NCBI GenBank assembly: GCA_035574195.1
Contig: DATLZE010000170.1
Coordinates: 1-63,082, forward strand
Direction: 5' to 3'
Length of the DNA: 63,082 bases
From: Burkholderiales bacterium
Lineage (GTDB): Bacteria; Pseudomonadota; Gammaproteobacteria; Burkholderiales; SG8-41
The translations under genes were made by a program, and so were the position numbers. How positions within the stretch are numbered: the first letter of the stretch is position 1; the number at the start of each line of letters is the position of its first letter. Shown piece after piece: positions 1-11,128 of this stretch. The notes under the pieces were generated by a model that made no database searches, was not told the origin of the DNA, and worked only from the letters and a program-made list of their open reading frames with translations.

Positions 1-2
1 GG

Positions 3-2213
3 CTCGCCGACGCGCTGCCGCCCGAGTGGGAGGGGCGCGACATCGGCCTCGTCGGGGTGGTGGCGGGACTGCCGCAGGACTACGGGCGCGGCGTGCGCTT
101 CGAATTCGAGGTCGAGCGCGTTCTCACCGCGGGCGCGCGCACGCCGCGGCGCATCGTGCTCTCGTGGTGGGGCAGTCCCGCGAGGCAGGACCGTCCGGCC
201 TCGTACCCCGTTCTGCGCGCGGGCGAGCGCTGGCAGCTCACGGTGCGGCTCAAGCGCCCGCACGGAGCCGCCAATCCCCACGGATTCGACTACGAAGCGT
301 GGCTGTTCGAGCGAGACCTCCGCGCCACCGGCTACGTCAGGCCGAAGGCGGGAGGATTGCGGCTCGACGCGATGGTGCACCGCCCCGGCTACTGGGTCGA
401 GCGGCTGCGCGAGCACGCTCGCGAGCGCGTCCGGGAGGCGCTGCCGCAAGCGCCCTACGCCGGGGTCGTCGCGGCGCTCGCCATCGGTGACCAGCGCGCG
501 ATTCCTCCCGAGCAGTGGCAGACCTTCACCCGCACCGGCGTCAATCACCTGATGAGCATTTCGGGGCTGCACGTCACCATGGTCTCCGGCCTCGTGTTCG
601 TGCTCGTGCGCGTGCTGTGGCGTCGCAGCCCCCGGCTCGCGCTGCGGTTGCCCGCCGTGAAGGCGGCTACGCTCGCCGGCCTCGCCGCGGCGTTCGCCTA
701 CACGCTGCTCGCGGGCTTCGCGGTGCCGGCTCAGCGCACGCTCTACATGCTCGCGGTGGTGGCCGCCGCGCTGTGGCTGGGCATCGTCGAGTCGGTCTCG
801 GCCGTGCTCGCCGCGGCGCTCCTCGTCGTGGTGCTGCTCGATCCCTGGGCGGTGCTCGCGCCGGGATTCTGGCTCTCGTTCGGTGCGGTGGCCGCGATTT
901 TGTACGTCTCGAGCGGAAGAATCGCGCAGCCGCACCGGCTGGCGAGCTGGATCCGGGTGCAGGCGGCGGTGACGCTCGCGCTGGTCCCGCCGCTGCTCGC
1001 GCTGTTCCAGCAGATCCCGCTCGTGTCGCCGCTCGCCAACGCTTTCGCCATTCCCGTGGTGAGCCTGGTGGTGGCGCCGCTCGCGCTGATCGGGGTGCTG
1101 GTGCCTTTCGATCTCGTGCTGCAGGCGGCGCACGCCGTGATGGGCGCGTGCATGAGCGGGCTGGAGTGGCTTGCCGCGGCGCCCGCCGCGGTCTGGCAGC
1201 AGAGCGCGCCCTCCGCGTGGGCGGTGGCGCTCGCGGTGGCGGCAACCGCCTGGCTGCTTGCCCCGCGCGGGATCCCGGCGCGCTGGCTGGGCGCAGTCGG
1301 CATGATGCCGCTGCTCGCCGCCGCCCCGCCCGCGCTGCAGGCGGGGGAGGCCGATGTCGTGGTGCTCGATGTGGGGCACGGCATGGCCGCCGTGGTGCGC
1401 ACCGCGCGTCACGCGCTGCTCTACGACGCCGGGCCGAGCTTCGGGCCGGACGCCGACGGCGGGAGCCGCATGATCGTGCCCTATCTGCGCGCCGCGGGAA
1501 TCGCGCGGCTCGACGCTCTCGTCGTCAGCCACGACGACGACGATCATTCGGGAGGCGCGCTCTCGGTCGTGCAGGCGGTCCCGGTGGGGTTGCTGATCAC
1601 CTCGCTGCCCGATGCCGATCCGCTGGTGGTGCAGGCCGAGCGCTCGGCCCGCTGCCTCGCGGGCGAGAGCTGGGAATGGGACGGAGTGCGCTTCGAAATC
1701 CTTCACCCGGAGCGCGCGAGCTACGAGGCGCGCGCGCTCCGGGACAACGACCGCAGCTGCGTGCTGAGAATCGTGTCGCGCGGCGGAGCCGTGCTGCTGC
1801 CCGCCGATATCGAGCGGCGCTCGGAGGAGGCGCTGCTGCGGCGGGCGCCCGGGATGCTGCGCGCCGATATCCTGCTCGCGCCGCACCAAGGCAGCCGCAC
1901 GTCCTCGACGCCGGACTTTCTCGACGCGGTCGCTCCCCAGGCGGTGATCTTCCCGGTCGGCTACCGCAACCGCTTCGGCCATCCCCACCGCGAGGTCGCG
2001 CAGCGTTACCGAGATCGCGGCATCCGGATTTACCGCACCGATCGTGACGGCGCGGTCCTGATCGCGCTGCGCGCGCGCGAGGGCATCACGGTGAGGCCGT
2101 ATCGCGCACTCTACCGCCGCTACTGGCACGCGGTCCTTCCCGGCGATCCCGTGGCCGATGCCCTGCGGCTCGAGCCGGGGGGCGGGAGCGGTCCGGCCTT
2201 GCCCGGATCCTGA
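3..2213 (+). CDS. comEC: DNA internalization competence protein ComEC/Rec2 (5' end outside window)
   Basis: Frame open from position 3; GVNHLMSISGLH competence motif, many TM segments, C-terminal metallo-beta-lactamase fold (SHDDDDH, HQGS). Confidence 0.9.
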   Translation, partial: LADALPPEWEGRDIGLVGVVAGLPQDYGRGVRFEFEVERVLTAGARTPRRIVLSWWGSPARQDRPASYPVLRAGERWQLTVRLKRPHGAANPHGFDYEAWLFERDLRATGYVRPKAGGLRLDAMVHRPGYWVERLREHARERVREALPQAPYAGVVAALAIGDQRAIPPEQWQTFTRTGVNHLMSISGLHVTMVSGLVFVLVRVLWRRSPRLALRLPAVKAATLAGLAAAFAYTLLAGFAVPAQRTLYMLAVVAAALWLGIVESVSAVLAAALLVVVLLDPWAVLAPGFWLSFGAVAAILYVSSGRIAQPHRLASWIRVQAAVTLALVPPLLALFQQIPLVSPLANAFAIPVVSLVVAPLALIGVLVPFDLVLQAAHAVMGACMSGLEWLAAAPAAVWQQSAPSAWAVALAVAATAWLLAPRGIPARWLGAVGMMPLLAAAPPALQAGEADVVVLDVGHGMAAVVRTARHALLYDAGPSFGPDADGGSRMIVPYLRAAGIARLDALVVSHDDDDHSGGALSVVQAVPVGLLITSLPDADPLVVQAERSARCLAGESWEWDGVRFEILHPERASYEARALRDNDRSCVLRIVSRGGAVLLPADIERRSEEALLRRAPGMLRADILLAPHQGSRTSSTPDFLDAVAPQAVIFPVGYRNRFGHPHREVAQRYRDRGIRIYRTDRDGAVLIALRAREGITVRPYRALYRRYWHAVLPGDPVADALRLEPGGGSGPALPGS

Positions 2214-2254
2214 TGCCGGCGGGTGCGAGCGGGGGCTGTGTCAAAATATCCGCG

Positions 2255-4468
2255 ATGGCGAATTCTTCATCGCTCAAGCTCGTGCATCCGGCGCAGCCAG
2301 GTCCCGCTTCCGGCGGGCTCGGCCCGCTCCTCGAGCGGCTGAGCCTCGAGGAGCAGGAGACGGTGCGGCGCGCGTACGCGCTCGTCGCGCCGCTCTACGG
2401 CGAGCGGCGGCTTGCCGGCGGCGAACCAGCACTCGAGCACGCGCTCGGCGCCGCGGGCATCGTCGCGGACCTCAAGCTCGACGCCGAGGCGCTCGCCGCC
2501 GCGCTCGCCGCGCCGCTCGCCGGCATCGCGCCGGCGCGCCTGCCGGAGCTCAAGGAGCGCTGCGGCGCGGCGGTTGCGGAAATCGTGGAAGGCGTCGCGC
2601 GCATGGCGCAGATCGGGCTGCTTTCGAGCCGGCCTCAACCGGCGTCGAAGCCCGAGCAACAGGCGGCCCAGCTCGAGGCCCTGCGCAAGATGCTGCTCGC
2701 GATGGTGCAGGACGTGCGGGTGGTGCTGGTGAAGCTCGCCGACCATACCCAGGAGCTGCGCTACGCGGTCAAATCGCAGGATGAGCAGCAGCGGCGCGCG
2801 GTGGCGCAGCTGACGGGCGATGTCTTCGCGCCGCTCGCCAACCGGCTCGGCATCTGGCAGCTCAAGTGGGAGATGGAGGATCTTGCCTTCCGCATCCTCG
2901 ACCCCGCGACCTATCAGCGCATCGCGCGCGCGCTCGACGAGAAGCGTGCGGACCGCGAGCGCTACATCGAGGCGGTCGTCGCCGTCCTGCGCGAGGAGCT
3001 CGCGCGCGCCGGCATCGCGGCCGAGGTCACCGGGCGGCCCAAGCACATCTTCAGCATTTACCGGAAGATGGTGAGAAAAGGCATTGATTTCGAATCGCTT
3101 TATGATATCCGGGCCGTCCGCGTGCTGGTTCAGGACGTGAAGGACTGCTATAGCGTGCTCGGGCTCGTGCACCACCTCTGGACGCCGATTCCGAGGGAAT
3201 TCGACGATTACATCGCCAAGCCCAAGAGCAACCACTACCGCTCGCTGCATACCGCGGTGATCGGGCCCGAAGGCAAGGCGTTGGAAGTCCAGATCCGCAC
3301 CTACGAGATGCACCAGCACTCCGAGCTCGGGATCGCGGCGCACTGGCGCTACAAGGAGGGCACGCGCCACGAGCGCGACTACGACCAGAAGATCGCCTGG
3401 CTGCGCCAGATCCTCGAGTGGAAGGAGGAGGTGGGAGACGCCGGGGAGCTCGCCGAGCGCTTCCGCACGGGCCTGTTCGAAGACACGATCTACGTGCTGA
3501 CGCCGCAGGGCAAGGTGATCGCGCTGCCAGCGGGCGCGACCCCGGTGGACTTCGCCTACCACGTGCATACCGAGCTCGGGCATCGCTGCCGCGGCGCCAG
3601 GGTGGACGGCGTGATGGTGCCGCTCAACACGCCGCTCGCCAACGGCCAGCAGGTGGAGATCCTCGCCGCCAAGGAAGGCGGGCCGAGTCGCGACTGGCTC
3701 AATCCGGCGCTCGGCTACGCGCGCAGTCACACCGCGCGCACCAAAATCCGCCAGTGGTTCAACCGCCAGAACTTGGAGGCGGCGGTGGCCCAGGGGCGCG
3801 CCCTCGTGGAAAAGGAGCTGCAGCGCCAGGGCTTGAGCGCGCTCGGGCTCGAGCGCGTCGCCGCGCGGCTCGGGTTCGATCAGGTGAGCGATTTTCTGGC
3901 CGAGGTCGGGCGCGGCGCGATCGGCCCGCGCCAGCTGCAGGCCGCGGTGCGGGCTCTCGACCCGCGGGCCACGCAAGCGCAGGCGGCGCTCGCCGCGCCC
4001 GCAGCGCCTGCGCGCCGGGCGCGCGCGCCCGCGCGCAAGGCGAGCGTGCTGGTGGTAGGCGTGGACCGGCTGCTCACGCTGCCGGCGAAGTGCTGCAAGC
4101 CGGTGCCGCCCGACGCGATCACGGGCTTCATCACGCGCGGGCGCGGCGTCACCGTGCACCGCTCCGACTGCGCGAACTTGGCGCGGCTCGATCCCGAGCG
4201 GCTGGTCTCCGCCGAATGGGGCGAGGCCGCGGGCGCCGCCTATCCGGCGGAGATCGAGATCGAGGCGGCGGACCGCACCGGGCTGCTGCGCGACATCTCG
4301 GAAGTGTTCGCGCGCGAGCGGATCAACGTCACCGGCACGCGCTCGGTTTCCAGCGAGGCGCGGGCGCACATGCGCTTCACGCTGGAGGTCGCCGACCTCG
4401 CGCAGCTCACCCGCGTGCTCGCGCTGGTGCGGGAAGTGCGCGGCGTCACCCGCGCGGTGCGCCGTTAG
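2255..4468 (+). CDS. relA: (p)ppGpp synthetase RelA (RSH family)
   Basis: GRPKHIFSIY, YDIRAVR, YRSLHT, EVQIRT synthetase motifs; TGS, ZFD and ACT domains; degenerate HD domain as expected for RelA. ATG 2255 preferred over 2213. Confidence 0.9.
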   Translation: MANSSSLKLVHPAQPGPASGGLGPLLERLSLEEQETVRRAYALVAPLYGERRLAGGEPALEHALGAAGIVADLKLDAEALAAALAAPLAGIAPARLPELKERCGAAVAEIVEGVARMAQIGLLSSRPQPASKPEQQAAQLEALRKMLLAMVQDVRVVLVKLADHTQELRYAVKSQDEQQRRAVAQLTGDVFAPLANRLGIWQLKWEMEDLAFRILDPATYQRIARALDEKRADRERYIEAVVAVLREELARAGIAAEVTGRPKHIFSIYRKMVRKGIDFESLYDIRAVRVLVQDVKDCYSVLGLVHHLWTPIPREFDDYIAKPKSNHYRSLHTAVIGPEGKALEVQIRTYEMHQHSELGIAAHWRYKEGTRHERDYDQKIAWLRQILEWKEEVGDAGELAERFRTGLFEDTIYVLTPQGKVIALPAGATPVDFAYHVHTELGHRCRGARVDGVMVPLNTPLANGQQVEILAAKEGGPSRDWLNPALGYARSHTARTKIRQWFNRQNLEAAVAQGRALVEKELQRQGLSALGLERVAARLGFDQVSDFLAEVGRGAIGPRQLQAAVRALDPRATQAQAALAAPAAPARRARAPARKASVLVVGVDRLLTLPAKCCKPVPPDAITGFITRGRGVTVHRSDCANLARLDPERLVSAEWGEAAGAAYPAEIEIEAADRTGLLRDISEVFARERINVTGTRSVSSEARAHMRFTLEVADLAQLTRVLALVREVRGVTRAVRR

Positions 4469-4480
4469 CTGTTTGTTCCT

Positions 4481-4539
4481 GCTACGGAGAGCACAGAGAT
4501 CACGGAGGCGGGCTCGGCGAACCCCGTGTTCTCGGTGGC
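4481..4539. repeat. Imperfect palindromic repeat with 9-nt periodicity (family A)
   Basis: GCTACGGAGAGCACAGAGATCACGGAG...CCCCGTGTTCTCGGTGGC between convergent genes. Confidence 0.6.
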
Positions 4540-4547
4540 TGGCGGGA

Positions 4548-5369
4548 TCAGGCCGTAAAAGCGAGGTGCAAGCCGGTCACGCCGGGCAGCCCTTCGTAAT
4601 CGGAGGACCAGCTCTCGCCGGGCTCGATCGGTAGCGCGGCGGTGAGCGTGCCAGTGGTGACGATCTCCCCGGCGGCGAGCGGCGCAAATTGCGGCTGGCG
4701 CGCCAGCACTTCGGCGAGATGCGCGAGTGCGGCCGCCGGGTGGCCGAGCGCGTTGGCGCCTGCGCCCCGGTCCATGACTTCGCCGTTGCGCTCGAGCGTG
4801 ACCTTGCACTCGCGCAGCTGCGCGAGCACAGCGGCACGCTCCTGCGGGCGGACCTCGTGCGGCGCTCCGACGACGAGCCGCCAGTGGAAGGCGAAATCCG
4901 CAGCCGAGTCGGCGGGCTCGAATTTCCAGTCCGCGAAGTGGCAGTCCACGATCTCGAAGCTCGGCGCGATCCACTCCACCGACTCGAGCACGCGAGCGGG
5001 ATCGCTCACCCCGGCCGCGAGCGGCGCCTTGAGCTTGAAGGCGATCTCCGGCTCGAGGCGCGGCCGCGCGCTGCCTGCGAGAGAGACGCTGGTGCGGCCG
5101 TTCGCGGCGAGAATCACGGTGCGGTCGTAGACATGCGCCCAGATCGGCGCGCTCACCCCGTACTCGGCCCAGATGTTGCGGTTGGTGAAGCCGATCTTGC
5201 GCCCCACGGTGCGCTCGCCGCGCGCGCGCCGCAGCCGCACGATCTCCGCCGCGACCGCGTAGCCCTCGTCCCAGCCGAAATCCGGGTAGCGCTCGACGAT
5301 CGAGCGGACGGTCTTGCCGTTGTCGAGCGCGTCGAGCAACTCGGCGGCAATCGCTGCGATCTTGTTCAC
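4548..5369 (-). CDS. 2-keto-4-pentenoate hydratase / FAH-family protein
   Basis: GRKIGFT, PRLEPEIAF, GEIVTTGT motifs. Confidence 0.8.
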   Translation of the reverse strand: MNKIAAIAAELLDALDNGKTVRSIVERYPDFGWDEGYAVAAEIVRLRRARGERTVGRKIGFTNRNIWAEYGVSAPIWAHVYDRTVILAANGRTSVSLAGSARPRLEPEIAFKLKAPLAAGVSDPARVLESVEWIAPSFEIVDCHFADWKFEPADSAADFAFHWRLVVGAPHEVRPQERAAVLAQLRECKVTLERNGEVMDRGAGANALGHPAAALAHLAEVLARQPQFAPLAAGEIVTTGTLTAALPIEPGESWSSDYEGLPGVTGLHLAFTA

Positions 5370-5383
5370 GGGGAGACCTTTTT

Positions 5384-5533
5384 CGCCGCGCAGAGCGCAG
5401 AGGATGCGGAGAGAATACGTTCGCGATCCCCCATCGAGAGCCGAGCGGCCGACGTATGCCTCATCGATGCGTGCTCTTTGCGGGAATGGCTTGCTGCTCC
5501 GGTCTCCTCTGCGCCCCCAGTGCCCTCGGTGGC
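5384..5533. repeat. Imperfect palindromic repeat with 9-nt periodicity (family A)
   Basis: Left arm CGCAGAGCGCAGAGGATGCGGAGAG; right arm CTCTGCGCC-CCCAGTGCC-CTCGGTGGC. Confidence 0.55.
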
Positions 5534-5540
5534 CGGTCCA

Positions 5541-6335
5541 TTACTTCGCGCAGCGAAAGCCGATATTGTGATGCCCGGACGCCGGGTTGCGCGAGAGGCT
5601 GCGGCCGCGCTGCGTGGCGGTGATTTCCTCGGCCGGCGAGTCGTGGCCGCCGCCGCGCGTGCCGCGCACCGGGCCTGCGGCCAGCTCCTCGCGCCCGTCC
5701 CCGGCCGCATAGGGGTAGGGGCGGTAGGCGCTCGCAACCCATTCCCAGGCATTGCCCGCCATGTCTTGCACGCCGTAGGGGCTCGCACCAGCCGGATGGG
5801 CCGTGACCGGCGCGGTCTCGTTCCAGCCGGCGCCGTAGCGAGCGCGGCTGCGGTCGGGCGCCGAGTTTCCCCACGGATACTTCCTGCCGTCGGTCCCGCG
5901 CGCCGCCTTCTCCCATTCGGCCTCGGTCGGCAGCCGCGCACCGCGCCAGGCGCAGTAATCGCGCGCGCCCGCCCAGGTGACCTCGACCACGGGATGGTCC
6001 CCGTATCCGGGATCGGCCGTCCAGCGGCCGCGGACGCGGTGGATGCGCGCGTCGGGATCGTGCTCGTCGTAGAGCCGCTCCCCGCGTGCGTTGCGGGTGC
6101 CGAGCGCGTTGAGGAACGCTGCGAATTGCGCGTTGGTGACGGGATAGCGGTCCACATGGAAGGCGGCGAGGCTCACCGTATGCGCTGGGCGCTCGTCCGC
6201 GGGGCCATCGTCCGAGCCCATGACGAAGGGGCCGGCGGGAATCGCCACCATGTCCTCGCGCGGCGGCTGCGCCTGCGGCCCCGCCGCAGCCAGCGCGAGC
6301 GAGGCGGCGAGCGCCGCGGGCAACACGGCCCTCAC
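5541..6335 (-). CDS. Secreted FGE-sulfatase (SUMF1/EgtB/PvdO) fold protein
   Basis: Signal peptide; RLPTEAEWEKAARG, DMAGNAWEW, NIGFRC; GTG 6335 overlaps the stop of the upstream gene. The catalytic Cys pair of true FGE is not evident. Confidence 0.8.
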   Translation of the reverse strand: MRAVLPAALAASLALAAAGPQAQPPREDMVAIPAGPFVMGSDDGPADERPAHTVSLAAFHVDRYPVTNAQFAAFLNALGTRNARGERLYDEHDPDARIHRVRGRWTADPGYGDHPVVEVTWAGARDYCAWRGARLPTEAEWEKAARGTDGRKYPWGNSAPDRSRARYGAGWNETAPVTAHPAGASPYGVQDMAGNAWEWVASAYRPYPYAAGDGREELAAGPVRGTRGGGHDSPAEEITATQRGRSLSRNPASGHHNIGFRCAK

Positions 6336-6622
6336 GCGACGCCCTCGGCCACGATCATGCGCGTGCGCGCGGCGCGATCGCGGATCGCGCACGCTGCCCG
6401 GTAGTCCTCGGAGCCCCGCCATCTTATCGCCCGCTCGAAGTCCGGAAACTCGATCACGACGATGCGCTGCGGGCGCCAGTCCCCGTCGAGCGTCTCGGTC
6501 CTGCCGCCGCGCACCAGAAATCGCCCCCCGTGCGCCGCGACCGAGGCGCCCGCGAGCCTGCGGTATTCCTCGATCGCGACCGCATCGGTCACAGCCATCT
6601 CCACGATCACGTATGCAGCCAT
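6332..6622 (-). CDS. DUF1330 family protein
   Basis: MAAYVIVE...HGGRFLVRGG...VVIEFP pattern; GGAGGAG RBS before ATG 6622. Confidence 0.85.
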   Translation of the reverse strand: MAAYVIVEMAVTDAVAIEEYRRLAGASVAAHGGRFLVRGGRTETLDGDWRPQRIVVIEFPDFERAIRWRGSEDYRAACAIRDRAARTRMIVAEGVA

Positions 6623-6663
6623 GTTCTCCTCCCCGCCCGCAACTTCCAAGCCCCTGATTTTAT

Positions 6664-6692
6664 TTGAAGCGGCGCGATGATTCCGCTACAAT
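6664..6692 (+). promoter_or_regulatory. Sigma70 promoter for tRNA-Val/thrS
   Basis: TTGAAG-17 bp-TACAAT. Confidence 0.6.
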
Positions 6693-6703
6693 TTCGCTTC
6701 TTC

Positions 6704-6779
6704 AGGCGCGTAGCTCAGTTGGTAGAGCATCACCTTGACATGGTGGGGGTCGTTGGTTCGAGTCCAATCGCGCCTACCA
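6704..6779 (+). tRNA. tRNA-Val(GAC)
   Basis: AGGCGCG/CGCGCCT acceptor stem, loop TT-GAC-AT, GTTCGAGT T-loop, encoded CCA. Confidence 0.97.
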
Positions 6780-6881
6780 GTTGTTAAATCCGGACGCGTT
6801 GCGCCGGTTTAACTCCGCGCGTTGAGCGGCGGGAGATGGCCGTTCAACGCGCGGAATCGTTTTGAGTGTCGCGAATCGAGC

Positions 6882-8798
6882 ATGCCCGACATACGCCTGC
6901 CCGACGGGTCGGTTAAGAAATTCGATCGCCCCGTCACCGTGGCCGAGATCGCCCGGGCGATCGGCCCCGGGCTCGCGCGCGCCGCGCTCGCGGGCAGGGT
7001 GAACGGCAGGCTGGTGGACACTTCCTTCCGCGTCGAGACCGACGCCGAGGTCGCGATCGTCACCGAGCGCGACCGCGACGGGCTCGAGATCCTGCGCCAC
7101 TCCACCGCCCATCTGCTCGCGCATGCGGTGAAGGAGCTTTTTCCGGAGGCGCAGGTCACCATCGGCCCGGTGATCGAGGACGGCTTCTACTACGATTTTG
7201 CGTTCAAGCGGCCGTTCACTCCGGAGGATCTCGCCGCGATCGAGCGCCGCATGCGGGAGATCGCGCAGCGCGACATCCCGGTCGAGCGCCAGGTGATGCC
7301 GCGCGAGGAGGCGGTCGCCTTCTTCCGCGGCCTGGGCGAGCACTACAAGGCCGAGATCATCGCCGCGATTCCCGACGGCGAGGAGATCTCGCTCTACCGC
7401 CAGGACAACTTCGTGGACCTGTGCCGCGGCCCGCACGTCCCTTCCACCGGCAGGCTCAAGGCGTTCAAACTGATGAAGGTGGCCGGCGCCTACTGGCGCG
7501 GCGATCCCGGCAACGAGATGCTGCAGCGGATCTACGGCACCGCCTGGGCGAGCCGCGAGGAGCTGGAGGCCTATCTGCGCCGGCTGGAGGAGGCCGAGAA
7601 GCGCGACCACCGCCGTCTCGGGCGCGCGCTCGACCTCTTCCACACCCAGGAGGAGGCGCCGGGCATGGTGTTCTGGCACCCCAAGGGCTGGGTGGTATGG
7701 CAGGCGATCGAGCGCTACATGCGGCGCTTGCTCGCCGACAACGGCTACCTCGAGGTGAGGACGCCCGCGGTGCTCGACGTGGCGCTGTGGAAGCGCTCGG
7801 GGCACTGGGACAATTTCCGCGAGAACATGTTTTTCACGGAGTCGGAGTCGCGCCATTACGCGGTGAAGCCGATGAACTGCCCTGGACACGTGCAGATCTT
7901 CAACCAGGGCCTGAAGAGCTACCGGGATCTCCCGCTGCGGCTCGCCGAGTTCGGCGTCTGCCACCGCAACGAGCCCTCGGGCGCGCTGCACGGGCTGATG
8001 CGGGTGCGCGCCTTCACCCAGGACGACGCGCACATCTTCTGCACCGAGCAGCAGGTCGAGCCCGAGGTGATCCGCTTCATCGAGCTGCTGCAGCGGGTCT
8101 ACGCCGACTTCGGCTTCGACGAAGTCAAGGTGAAGCTCTCGACGCGCCCCCCGAAGCGAGTGGGCACGGACCGGCAGTGGGACCGGGCGGAGGCGGCGCT
8201 GAAGACCGCGCTCGAGCACAAGGGGCTCGCCTACGATCTGCAGCCGGGCGAGGGCGCGTTCTACGGCCCCAAGATCGAGTTCTCCCTCACCGACAGCCTG
8301 GGCCGGGTGTGGCAGTGCGGCACCATGCAGCTCGACTTCTCCATGCCGGAGCGGCTCGGGGCCGAGTACGTGGCCGAGGACAACACGCGCCGCGTTCCGG
8401 TGATGCTGCACCGGGCGATCCTCGGTTCCTTCGAGCGCTTCATCGGCATCCTCATCGAGCATTACGCGGGCGCGCTGCCGCTGTGGCTCGCTCCGGTGCA
8501 GGTGGTGGTGATGAACATCACCGAGCGCCAGGCCGACTACTGCGAGCGCGTGGCCGGGGAGCTGAGGCAGGCCGGTTTCCGTGCCGAGGCCGACTTGAGG
8601 AACGAGAAAATTTCCTATAAGATTCGAGAACATAGTTTGCAGAAGCTGCCCTACCAGGTGATCGTCGGCGAGCAGGAAGTGGTGGGGCAGAAGGTTGCCG
8701 TGCGCTCCCGCGGGGGCGGGGATCTCGGCCAGATGAGTCTGGCCGATTTCGTCTCGAGGCTCAGGGCCGAAGAGGCCCGGCTGGGACGCGCGGCGTAA
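6882..8798 (+). CDS. thrS: Threonine--tRNA ligase
   Basis: TGS start [40 protein letters not shown]. Confidence 0.98.
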   Translation: MPDIRLPDGSVKKFDRPVTVAEIARAIGPGLARAALAGRVNGRLVDTSFRVETDAEVAIVTERDRDGLEILRHSTAHLLAHAVKELFPEAQVTIGPVIEDGFYYDFAFKRPFTPEDLAAIERRMREIAQRDIPVERQVMPREEAVAFFRGLGEHYKAEIIAAIPDGEEISLYRQDNFVDLCRGPHVPSTGRLKAFKLMKVAGAYWRGDPGNEMLQRIYGTAWASREELEAYLRRLEEAEKRDHRRLGRALDLFHTQEEAPGMVFWHPKGWVVWQAIERYMRRLLADNGYLEVRTPAVLDVALWKRSGHWDNFRENMFFTESESRHYAVKPMNCPGHVQIFNQGLKSYRDLPLRLAEFGVCHRNEPSGALHGLMRVRAFTQDDAHIFCTEQQVEPEVIRFIELLQRVYADFGFDEVKVKLSTRPPKRVGTDRQWDRAEAALKTALEHKGLAYDLQPGEGAFYGPKIEFSLTDSLGRVWQCGTMQLDFSMPERLGAEYVAEDNTRRVPVMLHRAILGSFERFIGILIEHYAGALPLWLAPVQVVVMNITERQADYCERVAGELRQAGFRAEADLRNEKISYKIREHSLQKLPYQVIVGEQEVVGQKVAVRSRGGGDLGQMSLADFVSRLRAEEARLGRAA

Positions 8799-8822
8799 CG
8801 CTAACGGACGCGGAGGCATTAC

Positions 8823-9404
8823 ATCGCACAGGAGAAAGAACCGCGGATCAACGGCGAGATCACTGCGCCGCAGGTTCGCGTCATCGGCGCCAACGGCGAG
8901 CAGCTCGGCATCTTGAGTCTCGCCGCCGCCAACAAGCTGGCCGAAGAGGCCGAGCTCGATCTGGTCGAGATCGCGCCGCAGGCGAACCCGCCCGTGTGCC
9001 GCGTGATGGACTACGGGAAGTACAAGTACCGTGAGAGCAAGAGGCGGCACGAGGCGAAGCTCAAGCAGAAGCAGATCGTCGTCAAGGAAATCAAGTTCCG
9101 GCCGGGCACCGACGAGGGCGACTACCAGATCAAGCTGCGCAACTTGGTCCGTTTCCTGCAGGAAGGCGACAAGGCGAAGGTGACGCTGCGCTTCCGCGGC
9201 CGCGAGATGGCGCACCAGGAGCTGGGGGTGCGGCTGATCGAGCGGGTGAGAGCCGACCTCGAGCCCTACGGCACGGTGGAGCAGTTTCCGAAGCTCGAAG
9301 GCCGCCAGCTCGTGATGGTGCTGGCGCCGCGCAAGGGCGGGGGCAAGGCGCACAAGGCCGCCAAGCCTGCGGCCGCGGCGCAGGCCGCGGGCGCGAAGAA
9401 GTAG
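8823..9404 (+). CDS. infC: Translation initiation factor IF-3 (ATC start)
   Basis: GGAGG 8812-8816, 6-nt spacer, in-frame ATC giving [13 protein letters not shown]; KEIKFRP motif. Confidence 0.95.
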   Translation: MAQEKEPRINGEITAPQVRVIGANGEQLGILSLAAANKLAEEAELDLVEIAPQANPPVCRVMDYGKYKYRESKRRHEAKLKQKQIVVKEIKFRPGTDEGDYQIKLRNLVRFLQEGDKAKVTLRFRGREMAHQELGVRLIERVRADLEPYGTVEQFPKLEGRQLVMVLAPRKGGGKAHKAAKPAAAAQAAGAKK

Positions 9405-9481
9405 CCGCCGAACGGGGATCGCCCGGGCCTCCGAAGCCCCGCCCGCAAGGCGGGCATCCGGTGCCGAACACAGGAGAGATC

Positions 9482-9676
9482 ATGCCGAAGTTGAAGACCA
9501 AGCGCGCCGCCGCCAAGCGCTTCAAGAAGCTCGGGGGCGGGGGGATCAAGCGCACCAAGGCGTTCCTGCGCCACATCCTCACCAAGAAGAACGCCAAGCG
9601 CAAGCGCCACCTGCGCGGCACCACCCCGGTGCACCCCGCGGACCTGCGCACGGTGCGCACGATGCTTCCGTACTAG
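9482..9676 (+). CDS. rpmI: 50S ribosomal protein L35
   Basis: [14 protein letters not shown]...HILTKK; position in operon. Confidence 0.97.
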   Translation: MPKLKTKRAAAKRFKKLGGGGIKRTKAFLRHILTKKNAKRKRHLRGTTPVHPADLRTVRTMLPY

Positions 9677-9687
9677 GGAGGACCGAC

Positions 9688-10047
9688 ATGCCACGAGTCA
9701 AGCGCGGCGTCATCGCCCGCGCCGCCCACAAGAAGATCATCCGGCGCGCCAAAGGCTACCGCGGCCGCCGCAAGAACGTGTTCCGCATCGCCAACGAGGC
9801 GGTGATGAAGGCCGGCCAGTACGCCTACCGCGACCGGCGCAACCGCAAGCGCGATTTCCGCGCGCTGTGGATCGCGCGCATCAACGCGGCGGCGCGCGAG
9901 CACGGCCTCACCTACAGCCGCTTCATGAACGGGCTGAAGCGCGCCGCGATCGCCGTGGACCGCAAGGTGCTGGCGGATCTCGCGGTGCTCGACAAGCCGG
10001 CGTTCTCGAAGTTCGTGGAAAAGGCCAGGGCCGGCCTCGGCGCGTAG
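9688..10047 (+). CDS. rplT: 50S ribosomal protein L20
   Basis: MPRVKRGV...LWIARINAA. Confidence 0.98.
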   Translation: MPRVKRGVIARAAHKKIIRRAKGYRGRRKNVFRIANEAVMKAGQYAYRDRRNRKRDFRALWIARINAAAREHGLTYSRFMNGLKRAAIAVDRKVLADLAVLDKPAFSKFVEKARAGLGA

Positions 10048-10063
10048 CGAGCGGCGCGCGATC

Positions 10064-10093
10064 AAAGGGAGGCCGGCCGGGCCTCCCTTTTTT
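10064..10093 (+). terminator. Intrinsic terminator after rplT
   Basis: AAAGGGAGGCC/GGCCTCCCTTT stem followed by a T run. Confidence 0.85.
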
Positions 10094-10098
10094 GTTGA

Positions 10099-11100
<1,002 letters not shown>

Positions 11101-11128
11101 GCCGCCGAGGCGCCAGGAAACGGCGAGA

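Noticed and set aside
2255-2800. Degenerate HD domain in relA as pseudogenisation
   Set aside because: Loss of hydrolase motifs is the normal state of RelA in beta/gammaproteobacteria.
9405-9481. Hairpin GCCCGC-aag-GCGGGC before rpmI as an L20 leader
   Set aside because: One short GC stem is insufficient evidence without covariance analysis.
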